A stretch of DNA of 62,785 nt, filler included, from Dugesia japonica (Eukaryota): the NCBI GenBank assembly GCA_001938525.1. It is 7 parts of 7 records of this genome, joined end to end, with 100 filler letters (N's around TTAATTAATTAA, not from the genome) between each part and the next. Parts side by side here need not be neighbours in the genome. Positions count along the whole stretch, not along the records: positions 1 to 8,473 come from MQRL01623543.1; positions 8,574 to 17,246 come from MQRL01469196.1; 5 more parts are not named here. The stretch is one strand, 5' to 3'. Numbering within the stretch: the stretch's first letter is position 1; every line of letters begins with the position of its first letter. Under the pieces are notes generated by a model that was given only the letters and a program-made list of their open reading frames with translations, searched no databases and was not told the DNA's origin. Both the position numbers and the translations under genes were made by a program. Of this stretch, positions 1 through 13,332 are shown in pieces.

Positions 1-72
1 TATGTAGATCTTTCGAATTCCGTGTCTACTTACGCCATTATATTTTCCTTAATCCGGTGTTTCACCCCAACA
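1..72 (-). mobile_element. Terminus of an LTR (TGTTGGGG... end), same family as 45320-45528
   Basis: Minus strand reads TGTTGGGGTGAAACACCGGATTAAGG..., nearly identical to the sequence ending at 45528. Similarity stops exactly at the TG/CA terminus. Confidence 0.55.
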
Positions 73-1556
73 GATGTATGAAATTTAAGATTTAGAAATA
101 ATAAATAAATGATTTTAAAATTATTGATTTGAAATCAAAAATAATTTTTGGATAAATTTCGAATGTTTGCGTACTGTGATTTCAGTGTCATGGACAGACA
201 ATGTCCTGGTGCTACTAGAAAATGTAGTAATGAATATAAAAATAAATTCACAAAGTGAAATTGTTGTCAAATTGTCAAAATAATCATATTGAATTGTTAA
301 TCTTCTTCAGATAATTGAGAAGTTGACGATTTGCTGGATGTTGAATGGTTGAGTTCATGATCTTGAGCTGATCACTGAATTCTGATTGTTGTTGTTTGTC
401 ATGTATTATTGTATGCATGTATGTTTGTTATATGTTGGATCTTATNGTCTGCTTTCCCCAACATTATCATATGAGATAGGTAAGATCCAAAAGAAGGAAA
501 ATGGGTTCCTTTTAAACTCACTCAATCCAGCAAAGATCAACGAATGGGAACTTGTTTCTCTCTTCTCAATAGACAGTGTCGAAAGTATTTCATGTGGAAA
601 ATTGTGACGGGAGATGAGAAATAAATACAACATAATCTGAAACATAAAAGTCTTGAATATATTCCAGAAAACTATCAATATCAGTTGCAAAGCCCAATCG
701 TTTCGGAAAAAAATAATCTTGTAGGATATTAATATTAAATATGCATATCTCACAATTATAAATTGTGGTGGACTACGAGTTCTATTTCCTTTCGTTATTC
801 TTCTGCAAATAGCATTATAATTTATCTTTATCAATTTACTATTTTCCAGTGACCTTTTCCAATTTCACTAAATGAATTAAATTAACTCATGATTTTCTTC
901 GTTAGCGCCGTATAAACTTATCAAATTACAATTTTTCACTGATTGATTGTATAACATTACGATCTTCGGGTCGAGATTATTCACTATACCGAAGCACATA
1001 TCTAACCTCGCTTGTGTCGAATTTTAACGGTACATGAAATGAACTTGTGATGTGAGTTGAAGAGAAAATCATGTTCTCTGCTACTCTTTTGTGATTTTCG
1101 TTTGTTCTCTTATTCCCTATCAATTTAATCTTTAATTTCAATCATTAAGACATCCAACCATTTTCTTGTAAACACTTTGTCATCTTGCTTCTCATTGGTT
1201 GCCACCATTATACAATACATCTTGTTTAATCATGGTCAAATTATCGGTCTTAGACTTATTGTTATTTCTTTTAAATGCATTGATTCAATGAACCATTATT
1301 TCACATCAACATATTTTGATATAATGATGATATTTAGTTAACTGGATTGGTCTGATTGTTTCATCATTTTATTAAATATCTGGACCGGCTGACATTATCA
1401 ATCAATGAAACTGANGACGATGATAATAAAAAACTTTTAATGTTAACATAATAAATAATATTACAGAATTATAAATGAAAATATAAAATTTAATCGTAAA
1501 AATAAAAAAAATTTAATACGATAATGAATGATATATAGTAAATATAGTGAATGATA

Positions 1557-2490
1557 TTATGTGTATGCATTAATTTTAAAAGGTTTTTATACAATAATCT
1601 TTTCATGAACAATATAAAAATAGGGCTTTATTATTAAAAATTATTACAAATATCTCATTCTAAATATTGTCCATCACTGTTCACTACCTTTTCCCATTTT
1701 TTGTAAAAAATGTATTCTACGGCAAAAGAACGCAACATCCTTTAAGGCTATCCACGATTCAACCTATTTTCTGGTATTCTCATAATCAGGGCGTTACAAT
1801 GAATTTTGATGGTTCGCTTGGCCTGCACCACGATTTTATGCGCTTTTTATTATCGAATCGTATATATTTCTCATCACTTGTGATGATACTATGTAAGAAG
1901 TTTTTTTTCTGTGTCTTTGAAGAAGCAATTTGCAAGTCATTTAACGCCTTTTCACGTCTATTCATTTCAACACACACGAACCCGGTTTCCTTGCTTTTAA
2001 ATTATTCCAATAGTTTTCAAACGTATAGAAATTGTTGACTGGTTAACATTTAATGATTCTGTGTGTTCTTCTTGCGTTAAAATAGTGTATTGATTGACTA
2101 AAGCGTCTAATATATCATATCTTTCAATTTTTTATCCTCATTAAATACACAACTTTTAAAGCGGCAAAATCAATATTGATACGTTGAAGTAGACGAATTG
2201 TAATAGCTATATGCTTTTATCAGCATTTGTTGACTTTCCATAATACTTTTTTTCAAATAGAAGCAAAATAGTAAAGCTTTCTGAAAATTGTGTTTTGTTG
2301 GGACAAATATCAACATAATCAAGTCTAAAAATGAAAAAAAATTATTACATTATTTTTAGATGAAGTACAATGAGAACTATAGTTAGATAATGTTTATTTG
2401 ACAGGAGGATTCCAAAAAGTTTGATCGATGTAATATAATACTATTAAGACAATCAATTTAAAAGCCTTTAAAATCAATGCATACATTCAA
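1557..2490 (-). mobile_element. Mos1-like (mauritiana subfamily) mariner, internally deleted, transposase pseudogene at about 1655-2316
   Basis: Imperfect TIRs (TTATGTGTATGCATTAATTTTAAA / TTTAAAATCAATGCATACATTCAA) flanked by TA. N-terminus MLIFVPTKHNFQKALLFCFYLKKS resembles Mos1 MSSFVPNKEQTRTVLIFCFHLKKT. Also FLHSIITSDEKYIRFDN and the C-terminus WEKVVNSDGQYLE. Contains stops and frameshifts. Confidence 0.9.
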
Positions 2491-2697
2491 TATATCAATT
2501 GTAATAAACATTAATATCCACATGTTAGCCTGGTCTGGTTTAAATCAAGATTAAATCTTTTAGATTAAGTTAAATTTAAATATATTAATGATTGTTGGTT
2601 AAAAGCTAATGAATTATTTAGAAGACATTTTTTACTTTTTATTCAAATGAATTAATTCTTACTTTCATAAATTTTTAAATTTAATTTATAAATTTAG

Positions 2698-2807
2698 GTC
2701 AGATCTTTTGGTGGTCTTTTAAAATATTTAGAAAAGAAAAAAGTCAGGATTGAATTGGAATCAGAAATAGCTAGTATTCCAGTATTAGATATTCAAATAT
2801 TTTCGAT
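2698..2807 (+). CDS. MSH5: MutS homolog 5, internal exon
   Basis: AG/GT bounded. VRSFGGLLKYLEKKKVRIELESEIASIPVLDIQIFS matches the remembered MSH5 segment [22 protein letters not shown]. Confidence 0.9.
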
Positions 2808-2847
2808 GTAATCTTTGAAATATAATGTTTTAATAATATTTCTGTAG

Positions 2848-2972
2848 AACAAATACTCTATTTATTGATGAAAATAGTTTAAAAGCTCTGAATATATTCA
2901 ATAAAATTAGCCACCCTTCTTGTTTTAAACAAGGAATCAAAGGAGAAGGCAAAGAAGGACTAAGTATTTTCA
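2848..2972 (+). CDS. MSH5: MutS homolog 5, internal exon
   Basis: Follows a 40-bp GT-AG intron in phase. TNTLFIDENSLKALNIFNKISHPSCFKQGIKGEGKEGLSIF carries the MSH5 HPS...KEGLSLF motif. Confidence 0.92.
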
Positions 2973-3059
2973 GTAATAATATTTTTTATTTTAATTTTGA
3001 ATTATTATATTTAAGTTTGAAAATTTTGAAAATTTGATGGTAATTATTTCAATTATACT

Positions 3060-3256
3060 TTTTATTATTAATAAAATAAAATTTTAATGCCAATAAAATT
3101 TTGATAAAATATAAAGAATTTTGTAACCAAGATCTATTATCGTTTGAATCTATCAAAAAAATCATCATATTCCTGAACAACACAATTGTCGAAAATTTGA
3201 ATTTCTATAAAAATATTTTTTATTTTGATCGAAGTTTTTTTTTATTTTAATGAAAC
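3060..3256 (+). mobile_element. Penelope-type pseudo-LTR fragment with degenerate hammerhead (about 3168-3202)
   Basis: Homologous to 61690-61873. Contains attc-CTGAACA-acacaattgtc-GAAA-att-t-gaat, with core G8 mutated. Confidence 0.6.
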
Positions 3257-3419
3257 CTGTTTCTTCTGATTTTTAAAAAAATTTATTCGATTTATTATTA
3301 ATATAAAATTTATAAATTTTTTAGAAAAAAAAATTGTACTTAAACAATTATTTCAATCAACTAACGTTAACAAATTTTTATTTCTTGTTTTATATATTTT
3401 ATATAATACAATAAAAGGC

Positions 3420-5707
3420 CAATGAATAAAAAATCTTATTTTATAAATTATTTTATTAAAAAATACAATGATATTGTCNCCTTTTGTAATGAATGTGAAC
3501 AAAAACTTGTTTGCAAAGCATCTCAACGATTCGTCAACATTTACTTAATGTCCATCACATTGACAAAAACAAGAAGGAGCATAAAAAAGAGTTTGAAGAA
3601 AGTCAGAACAATTGATGCTTTTTTAGTAAAAATTTCAATCAAAGAAATAGTTTCAAAATTAGTCGAAGTTAATGGTTTATTAGTTAAAAAAACCAGACAC
3701 TCGGAATTTATTCGACAATCATCACAATTCAACCACCAAGTATGAACTTCGTTATGCATATTATCCATTGTTTTGAACAAAAAGAAAAAATAAAAAGTTT
3801 ATGATGAAATTAGAAAAGATCTTACTGAATTAAAAAAAATTTCAATTACATGTATGAATGAACAAGATGTGGGAATCGTCGATATCTCAATCTAAATATC
3901 TATTCTTGTCCAANNNNNNNNNNNNNNNNNNNNNNNNNNNNNNNNNNNNNNNNNNNNNNNNNNCAGACACTCGGAATTTATTCGACAATCATCACAATTC
4001 AACCACCAAGTATGAACTTCGTTATGCATATTATCCATTGTTTTGAACAAAAAGAAAAAATAAAAAGTTTATGATGAAATTAGAAAAGATCTTACTGAAT
4101 TAAAAAAANNNNNNNNNNNNNNNNNNNNNNNNNNNNNNNNNNNNNNNNNNNNNNNNNNNNNNNNNNNTATCTATTCTTGTCCAAATAAATGTATCAATCT
4201 TGGATTTGTCAGAATTATTGACTTTTGTAATCCAAAAGCCATAGAAGAACTTAAAGAAAAGCATCTAAAATCATTTGAACTTTCCTTTGAGCATGATATT
4301 GTAGCTGCCATGGATGATGGAGCTAGTATCATGAAAAAGTTTGGAAATGAGTCACCAGCATTTATCAAGTTTGTCTAAATCATGGGCTCCATTTGGCTGT
4401 TTTAAAACTTTCTACAAAAATACTAGTATATTATAAAATCAAAGTATAATATATATGAGAAAATTTGAGTAAGGGATAAATTTGATGAAATCAATCACGA
4501 TTTATGCTCTGAGATAATAGAATTGCAGAATGACTCTAATATGTGTTTTAATAATATTGACATTTAGTGTAATTTTAAATAGATTTTAGTAACTTCATTG
4601 CTTCTCAATAACAGACTCATTAAATGAAAACTCGTAATGAAAAAAATCTTAAAATATTTTAAAAATTCAGCGAAACTTACGAATTTAATTAGAGAACAAT
4701 GTATAGAAAAATGAACAGGGAACAACCATTTTCACTTGATTGCAAAAATTGAAGGAACTCCATATTAACAATCTCTTGAAAATTTTATTAAGTTATATGA
4801 TAGTATAAAAGAAGTGCTCGGTGACGTAGGATCTAAGCATTTAAAATAATTTAAATTTAGAACAATTGAAATCAGTTGTTAATATTTTAAAATAACTTGA
4901 ATGCAAGGAGTAAATAAGGCACCACTTTGAGTACTGCAAATATTTCTATATAAGTTTAATGAGAGAAAAACTAATTGAACAAAACAGAGATCTAAGTTGT
5001 GCTCTTTTAAAAAACATGTATTATTATATTGATAAAAGAATGAATCAAGAAATTTTAGTTTTAATAAATTCGTTATGTAATCTAGATTCTAGAGTACATT
5101 TCTTCAAAATCTTGCATGAAATTGGCGACGAACTTGATAAAACCTTTACCATTGTCAAATATTACAAATTCACGATGAAGCCTTAACGACAAACAATATT
5201 GGAATTTTACTAGAAGAACTTCAATTTTGTTTCCAAGCTTCAATATCACAATCTATTTTTGCTGATCGATTCAAAAAATTACGCCAAGTATTTGCTTCAT
5301 TTAAAAGTAATGACGAATTAACAGATAATTTAAAACGATTATTTGATACCATTAACACAATAAAACCGAGTTCCATCGATTCTGAACTAGAATTTTCAGT
5401 TGCTAATAATTTCGGAAAAGTTACTATATACTCGTGTTACCTGATATAAATTTAGATACTACGGTGTTCTTTTGATGTAAATAATGTTTAATTCATAATA
5501 TTTTTTTAAAAGATGTGTTTAAATTACATTTATAATTTCGATTAGGAAATTCTTGCCTATAAACTGGTATTTTAATTTATTTTTATTGTGTTTTCGTAAT
5601 CCCGAAATTCTATGATTAAAATTTTATGACGCACAGTATAAATTTATGTAATTTCAATAGCTCCTCTGTTAGAAAGTTTTTGAATCCGACTCTGATTGGA
5701 AATCCTA
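3420..5707 (+). mobile_element. hAT DNA transposon, decayed transposase, inside an MSH5 intron
   Basis: BED-like FCNECEQKLVC; INLGFVRI...DIVAAMDDGASIMKKFG; CLNHGLHLAV (CxxH); LDCK; and C-terminal IKPSSIDSELEFS (PxTSxxxERxFS-like). Many stops and frameshifts. Ends are approximate. Confidence 0.85.
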
Positions 5708-6715
5708 ATATCAGTCACATATAACAAGTTTTAGAAGCATTGCTCTAAATTACACAATTTTCTTGAGCAAATACATTTCAATTAATTTCATTATTTTTAA
5801 AAGTTTATTATTTTATCATAATTCTTATATTGTTTTTATAATACTTTCTAATAACTTTAGATGATTAATTCAATAGGTTCTGTAATTTTTTTAAACTTCA
5901 ATTTAAATAATTATTTTTTAAATTTTATTTAGAGGTTTCGTCTTAAATGAATTATGTTTCCTTTATTAAAATACTTGCTTTTTGTGTTAGTAATTCTTTT
6001 TTGCTAAATGTGCTGGACCTTTGGAATATTTATTATTAATTTTGTAGAAATCATTACTTTCATTTTATAGTTAATTTGTAATATATTTATTGAGATAGAA
6101 CACCATGATATAAAGAGAAGGGAAAATCAATAAGTAGGACAGAAATTATAAGGGAAGATATTGATGAAGGGAACGAACGTCTAAATATTTGGGATAAAGG
6201 AACAGATAATATAAAGTTCTATTAATAATTCAAGAAACGAATGGAAAGTCGTAGAACGGAAAATTAGTAAAGCAAACAGGAAAGAAACAATTAGATGGGG
6301 ACAACAAGAGATAAAGCCGGAATAAGAAATAAAAGAACGACACGAAGAAATTCTTACTATTAAACTAAGGACAGGATAAAATAATTTATAAAATCTCAGC
6401 CATATAAATATTATATAATTATTTAGCAACAAAGTATAGAAGCAAAACGAACTAATTATGAAATTATAAATTCGAAAAAATAATTTCAAAAATATTTAGC
6501 ACAGAATTGTTAATTAGCAACTAATTAGTAGGTTATTTAATAGAAAGGTGAAATAAAGAAACAATTACATTATAAAAAATGAAATAAATCATTTAAAATC
6601 AGAATGGTTTATTATAAAATGGATCAGGTATTAGCAATTCTTAATTACTTAAAAAAATTTTAAGAGTTTGAAAATAACGTTTTTTTATGAAACAATTTAA
6701 TTTTTTTATTTTTAG

Positions 6716-6900
6716 ATCTTTTAAATAATTGCCATTCGAAATTAGCATCTGATTTATTACATACTTGGTTAAGAAGGCCTCTTACAGATGTTTCAATAAT
6801 TCAACAGAGACTTGATTGCGTCGATTTTTTTCAGAATAGCCAAAATCATGATTTACTTCAATTGCTTCTGAGAAAATTGAAATCTGTAGGAAATATTAAG
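6716..6900 (+). CDS. MSH5: MutS homolog 5, internal exon
   Basis: Phase-compatible with 2848-2972. LLNNCHSKLASDLLHTWLRRPLTDVSIIQQRLDCVDFF carries the MutS domain III motif W..RP..D...I..RLD.V. Confidence 0.92.
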
Positions 6901-6945
6901 GTTGTTCATATTGTTTCAGAAATAATTAATCATTTTATTTTGTAG

Positions 6946-7008
6946 CAAATTTTATCACGTATGAAAAATTCAACAGCATTAATATCAGATTGGAACGTTT
7001 TAATTCAA
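6946..7008 (+). CDS. MSH5: MutS homolog 5, internal exon
   Basis: Follows a 45-bp intron. QILSRMKNSTALISDWNVLIQ matches MSH5 [20 protein letters not shown]. Confidence 0.9.
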
Positions 7009-8414
7009 GTAAATGTTATAAATTTAATAATTTTAATTTAATAAATTTATTAAATATTTAATCAATAAATTTAATATTAGTTAATAAAAATATTTACTTT
7101 TACTTTTTTATTACAATTTTGATTAATTTTCGATAATTATTTGATACTGTTCTCTTATCCATCAAAATTAAATGGATTTAGTTCTCTTATAAATCAGTTA
7201 CAATCTTTAAAGAATTTCGATATATTTTCAAAAATGTTTTATATGGAATAAAAGCATTCAAAACAATTTTTTTATTAAGCATTTAAAACTTTATAAAACG
7301 TTTTAACATTATAATGTTATTTTTGAAATTATCCTATCTGTGTTATAAAAAATTAATGTTGCGCTTACGTATTGTTAGATTTATTTGTTTTCTTCATTTC
7401 AATAAACTAAAATAAGACTTTTGATTCAATACTTTATTTAAAATACAAATAATTCTACTTTGAAATTCTTCTTGCTTTTTGAACGCTTCTTTCAAAACTT
7501 GCCTTTCCCACTTAATATTTTTAAATAATAATAAATTTAAACAAATTTATAATATTTATTAAAAATATACTTTGCAAATATAAAACTTTCGAATTTAAAA
7601 TAATTATAAAAATAAAGCGATAAAATCTAATTATTAAACTTTTCACTAAATATTTACATTTAAAAACTTTTCGAAATAAATATTTTTATAATGCTTTCAA
7701 ATTTACATTAAAAAATTTAAACAAATAAACATTGATTTAATAAAAACCTTATTGAATTAAATTTTAAAAATATTTACGAATTTTTAAAATTACCTAACAT
7801 CCCTCTTTTTTAGAAATTTTATAATTTTTTCAACGTTTAGTTCTAACATCTTCAATATTTCGACAATTTTGTTTTTGTTTATGAATTTTTAAAATTACCT
7901 AACACGTATAACGAGTAAAAATCTATCAAACTATAATTCTACTTTGTAAAATTAACTCTNNNNNNNNNNNNNNNNNNNNNNNNNNNNNNNNNNNNNNNNN
8001 NNNNNNNNNNNNNNNNNNNNNNNNNNNNNNNNNNNNNNNNNNNNNTAAAACTTTATTTAAGACATAATCAAATATTTTTTAGGATTTAGGAAAAATTTGA
8101 GATTGATAGTTTTAATTATCGAATTTTGTTTTAAAATTCTAATGATCTAATTTTATTATTAATTTAAAAATTAATCTTAGGACTTTCATTAGAATCTATT
8201 TAGTTTCATGATTTGATGAAAAATTTAACCACGAGTTTAAAATCAAGTACTTATCATTTATTTACCTTTTTATTTTGTCACATAATTTGTTTTCAATATT
8301 TATGATATTTTGATACCAATTGAAAGCTAATAATGATTTATTTATTTCTTAATGTTATTATTGATGGTTATTAATGGTTATTAATGATCCATTTTCTAGA
8401 CTGTATAAATAAAC

Positions 8415-8473
8415 ATGGAAAAGAAGGAAATCCGAACCATTATTTTATTCAAGTTCCAATTTGGTAAAAAAAA
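8415..8473 (+). mobile_element. 5' end of a cecropia/Hsmar1-like mariner transposase, cut by the linker
   Basis: MEKKEIRTIILFKFQFGKK resembles Hsmar1 DKKQIRAIFLFEFKMGRK. Confidence 0.55.
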
Positions 8474-8573
8474 NNNNNNNNNNNNNNNNNNNNNNNNNNN
8501 NNNNNNNNNNNNNNNNNTTAATTAATTAANNNNNNNNNNNNNNNNNNNNNNNNNNNNNNNNNNNNNNNNNNNN
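8474..8573. other. Artificial 100-bp contig linker N44-TTAATTAATTAA-N44
   Basis: Identical structure occurs six times. The 12-mer gives stops in all six frames. Confidence 0.95.
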
Positions 8574-9523
8574 ATTAATAGTTAAAATATTGAAAATGAA
8601 TTGCCTTCAGAAGATTTTCCTTAACATGGTGACAGCTGACTAATACTGTTTAATATATTTATTATATCACGAGATGCATTATCGACTGGATTCCATTCAA
8701 ATTATGACATTCAACTAGATGTTTACTAATAATGTATCAGATGTTTCCTGTGTTGCATTAATTTGGTCTAGACTCTAGATAGACTTAAATGCATATTTAT
8801 ATTTTCTGGTATTGAGTCTTCAATTATTTGTAATGAATACTATGAATTTACGAACCGATAATTTTAACATGGCGATTTTTCAATAACTCTAATTATATAT
8901 TTATTATATTATTTTTATTGTACGTATCTGCCTTCTAATCATTCTTAACACATTTTAAACAACATACTTTTTATATCTATTAAGAAATAAATTTTCTTTC
9001 AAAAAATACTAATATTAATAAGATATTATTATGATGTTATTTTGATTCGTAATTTCTTATCTTTCATTGGACATTCATTTTATCTTCAGTCTATGGAATT
9101 TCAAAAAACAAACAAAAAAATTATTAAATCAAATTTATGAATTCTGAATAAGAATTTAACTGAGAATAAAGTTAAACTTCATTTCAATTTGAAGTTGTAA
9201 AACTTTTTTTTAAAAATGAAATAAAACAATCAAATATGTAGTCAATANAAAACATTTTCTAATTATTATTCAAAACATAAAAGCCTTAATTTTAGATTTT
9301 TTTAAATCTGAATTTAATTTTTTATAATTATTGTTTCACCATAGAATTTCTGTATTTATAATCGACTCTTAGTTGTCTTACAAATCTCAAAATATCAGAT
9401 TATAAAAACGATCAATTTATTATTGAACATTTCCAATATAATTTTGTTCAGTCTTCAAACAGATAAAAAAATTAATTAATGAAAATTTCCAGTATTTAAA
9501 TAATTATTCATTCATCTACTAAC

Positions 9524-9629
9524 CTCCAACCATGTAACTGAAAACCTTTACATCGATCATTACATTCTAAACATGGACTACCAATATCTTGTTTCAGAGC
9601 CATTATTAAAGCATACAAAAACTGATTAT
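9524..9629 (-). CDS. Exon of a testin/LMCD1-family (PET-LIM) gene, N-terminal cysteine-rich region
   Basis: ttttcAG...GTtagt bounded. Encodes MALKQDIGSPCLECNDRCKGFQLHGWR, matching testin [20 protein letters not shown]. ATG at 9603. Confidence 0.8.
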
Positions 9630-10099
9630 CTGAAAATTGTCATTATTTGTCAATAAAATTATTTAAATAAATAAATAAGAATATTTGTATAATAATTATT
9701 TTATTTCTTATTTGAAAAAAATATATTAATAGCTTTTTTAAAAAAATAAAATACACTAACAATTATAAATTAAAATAATAAGTTATCGTTGCAGTTTTGT
9801 TAAACAAATGATTTTTAAATTAATGTAATTTTAAATTAAATATAATAATTTACATTTACAAAATATCATATAATTTCATATGTATGTATAAGAAAAGTAC
9901 ATGAACTGTCAAAGGTTTGATTAATATTTAGTCAAAATAAAGGTTAGCTTTCGATGATATTGAAATAAATTCTGAATGGATTTAACTTGAATTTGATAGC
10001 AAGTTGTGATGTAACATCTGAATAAATTTATAAAATATTTTGGGATTGATACAATAAAAAGGAAATAACAAATAGAAATAATAAGAAAAAACTGTGTGG

Positions 10100-11250
10100 G
10101 CACTAAACTAAATTCTTAATTGTTGTCCACATCGATAATATTGTCCTCATCGGATCCCGAAGACCAATATTATTAGAAAAATAATCTGTAATAATGTTAT
10201 CACTCTTGTTTATTATGTATTGATTTGGATAATTGTAAATAATTCTGTACTTTATAAATAAAGCTTCTGTTTTTTTAGTCAGATATTTTAATTAAATAAA
10301 TCCCAGTTTAAAGACTAGCTTCTTTTCAAAAATTCTCATAACTCTGTAAACAAAGGTTTTCCACAATTGATTCGTATTTTCCTCGAAAACCAAATTTCAG
10401 TATCCACTTTTCAAAAATAGCTTTCCTTATTGTTTCCTCCTATTTTTCGGTTGTGAAATGAAGTCTAGATATTTGCGGAACTGGTTTGTTGTGACAAGGA
10501 TATATCTTTTTAGCTATCTTGTTCATCGTATTAGCGCACCTATATTTGGAAACACGACTTCAAACAAATTTTTAGGTTCATATATTTTTATCTTCACAAC
10601 AAACTTGATCTTCTGGCAAACTGCACAACTATGAACAATTTACTGTATCCTGGCTCCAAGATTTTTTCCGTTGTATATCTTTCATATGCACAGACACTTT
10701 TTCAGTTCCGGCATTGCGTAATAATTTATGTATTTCTTCTATCGTTTCTCGTATTTTATCATCCGGATTTTTTCTTTTCTTTGTTTTTCCCTTTTTCTAT
10801 AAAACTATTAACTTGCCTCTCATTTTCTTTTCCAATCTCAGATAGTTAATTCATGTCTAGAGTTGTAACGTGATTAGTTTCTTGATCGGCATTGTGAAAG
10901 TAATGACCTTATGGTCTCCTTGCTTTACGATCTGATTCATCAAGGTAATAATCCCTTTTATATCCTTTATGTTTTCAATTTGCACAGAATTATCACCTCT
11001 TCTACTTTTTTACTTTCTTAGCAAAGTACCAGAATCTTTGTTGTAAGTTTCTCTTTTGTGAACGTTTTATTAAAGAATAATCTTTCAACTAAGTCGTTTA
11101 CATTTTATCTTCGATATTTTATCTACAATTTATTAGATTCTACTTTCAAAAGTTATTCGCAGATGAGCCTGAAATCCATCAGTTTTAACTTCTCATTCTT
11201 TGTCTGTATGATGTGCTTACCGTTGCACCAGGTTAGGACAATCGTTAGGA
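10100..11250 (-). mobile_element. Decayed Gypsy LTR retrotransposon fragment (gag knuckle remnant and integrase)
   Basis: Integrase IVHSCAVCQKIK...EPKNLFEVV and WILKFGF, plus a CCHC-like remnant near 10950-10990. Heavily frameshifted. Confidence 0.6.
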
Positions 11251-13170
11251 AACGGTGTAGTTTCAATTGAAATTCATTCAAATTTCATTATAATTTTATT
11301 CAATAAAAATAAAATTTTCTTTTTAATTTTTATTATATAAACCAATTAGATTCTTCAAAACTTCAATTTACTGGGGTATACCAACAACAAGCTCGTAATA
11401 ATTATCTTTGCATTTACTACTAACAACTGACATAATTCTAATGATCAGGCAAATGTTCGTCTATGAGTTAAAAACACATATTCTGCTCAATACATTTTTT
11501 TATCTTTAAAATCAGATAATTTTCTCCAAATCAGACTAATTTCGCAAATAAAAATAAGACTTCTTAGCAAAATTATATTTGTAATAATAATACTATTTCT
11601 TTCGTAAGACGAGTCAGCTAAATATTTCCAAAATAATTCGTAAACAAACCTAACTAAATTACATAAGAAAAATTTCTAAAAAATTACATTATCTGCAAAA
11701 TTGTCCGCTGCTCTTAATTAATTTATTACTAAACATTTTTTAGATAAAATTTTCATTAAAATTTAATAATTCAAAATTTTACTAACACTTAACCTGCTAT
11801 TCAATTTTTAGAATGACTTCGCATCATTTGAAAATAAATTACGAAACTCAATTATTTCATTATGTCAATACATTCTTTTATATGTTCTCTTATAATTAAG
11901 GGTTGTTAACTGGTAATTTGTTTTTAATTTAAGGTTTTTTTTACATTAATATATACATTTAAACTTTTCTTTTTGATATGTTAATGTTCATTCATAAAAA
12001 TTATTACGATATGAAATTATAATACAAATTTATTCTACACTTTCTATTTTCTTACCTTAATTTTATTTATTTATTTTATTTACCATTATTTTGCTATTAA
12101 AATTTTAAAATAAAGTATAACAAATAATCAGATATGGGTAATATACGTTAACAGTATGATCCCCGCACAAAGTAAACAATTCCAATATCTAGGAAAAGTA
12201 AACGAATAATTCATCCGCCAAAAAACAAATTATCCGAAACGATTAATACACCACAAAGTGCTACCAGTAAGAAATCATTGTCCAGTTCTAGTAAATTNNN
12301 NNNNNNNNNNNNCGTTGCGGACAATGGGAAGAAATTGACTGCTCTGCCAAAATCGTCAAAAGTACAATTTCCACCGGAAAATGTTTCAAACAATAAAATT
12401 CTTACGAAAAATGAAATTTTTATGACTACTTGACTCTTGAAACTTCAGGTACACATTTTCGAATAGCTTAACTATGTAATTTAACCTATTTTGAATATTT
12501 GTTTTGAAAAAATGTATTTTCTATATGTATGCAATAAGATGCATAATTTATCTTTCTAATAAATATATTTCGAATAATTTTGTTAATTATTAATTTTCAA
12601 AGACGATTGGTACACAAATTTATTACTCTACAGGACTGATCAATTTTTTTAAAAAAATCAAACCATAAATTTAATTTTAATCAATAATCATAAAGAAATC
12701 ATTTAAATTGAGTGAAATAAAAACAAGGATATCGATAAAAAAAACTTGATTGGCTCAAATATCTTTAATCAATTTAATAAATAATTTTATAGAACCGTAA
12801 TAGGAACATAAAAGTTTACTTAATCCAGTTACGTGATTTTAAAAGTGAGCTTTATGAATGAGAATCAAGTTTTTTTTAGAAAAATTTTAATAAAGAAAAT
12901 AGAAAAAAATTAAATTAAAATAATATGAAAATCTTTCCAATATTTTATTAAAAAGATGTAAATCAATTAAATCTTTATTGTACAAAAAATTATTAATTAG
13001 TAAAATAAGAATGATCATGCTCTTTATAATAAAGCAGTATAAAAATGCTGAAAGTGAAAATCATGTCATAGATATACATACACACATAATATACAAATTT
13101 TGAGTTTACTCGAATTCATCCATCTATCTATGTTGATATGATAACCAACAATTAGTCAGATATTCATTAC

Positions 13171-13283
13171 CAACATAACACCGTTCCGGTGCATATTTGG
13201 AATTTTAATATGATGTACTTCCTCTGGTACAAAACCTCTGAAACTATCACTTGATTTCTCTCGAAAAGTTCCAATAATCTGAC
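13171..13283 (-). CDS. Exon of an unidentified host gene
   Basis: Joined in phase to 13333-13512 by a 49-bp GT-AG intron. Encodes GQIIGTFREKSSDSFRGFVPEEVHHIKIPNMHRNGVML and ends at GTAATG. Confidence 0.55.
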
Positions 13284-13332
13284 CTACATAAACCATTTAT
13301 TTAACGAAAAATATAAACCGAGCACAGTTTAC

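Noticed and set aside
80-1400. Decayed coding-like sequence on the minus strand
   Set aside because: Multiple stops and no motif I can assign to a family.
3694-4183. Apparent tandem duplications flanking short N gaps (also 48263-48763, 50257-50393, 52626-52790)
   Set aside because: Near-identical sequence on both sides of a gap is the signature of unmerged overlapping contig ends, not a biological repeat.
2698-9629. Convergent or overlapping MSH5 and testin-like genes
   Set aside because: They are separated by an artificial linker, so the arrangement is not evidence of real adjacency.
12170-12450. Ser/Lys/Pro-rich open frame on the plus strand
   Set aside because: Low complexity, contains a gap, no convincing splice partners or homology.
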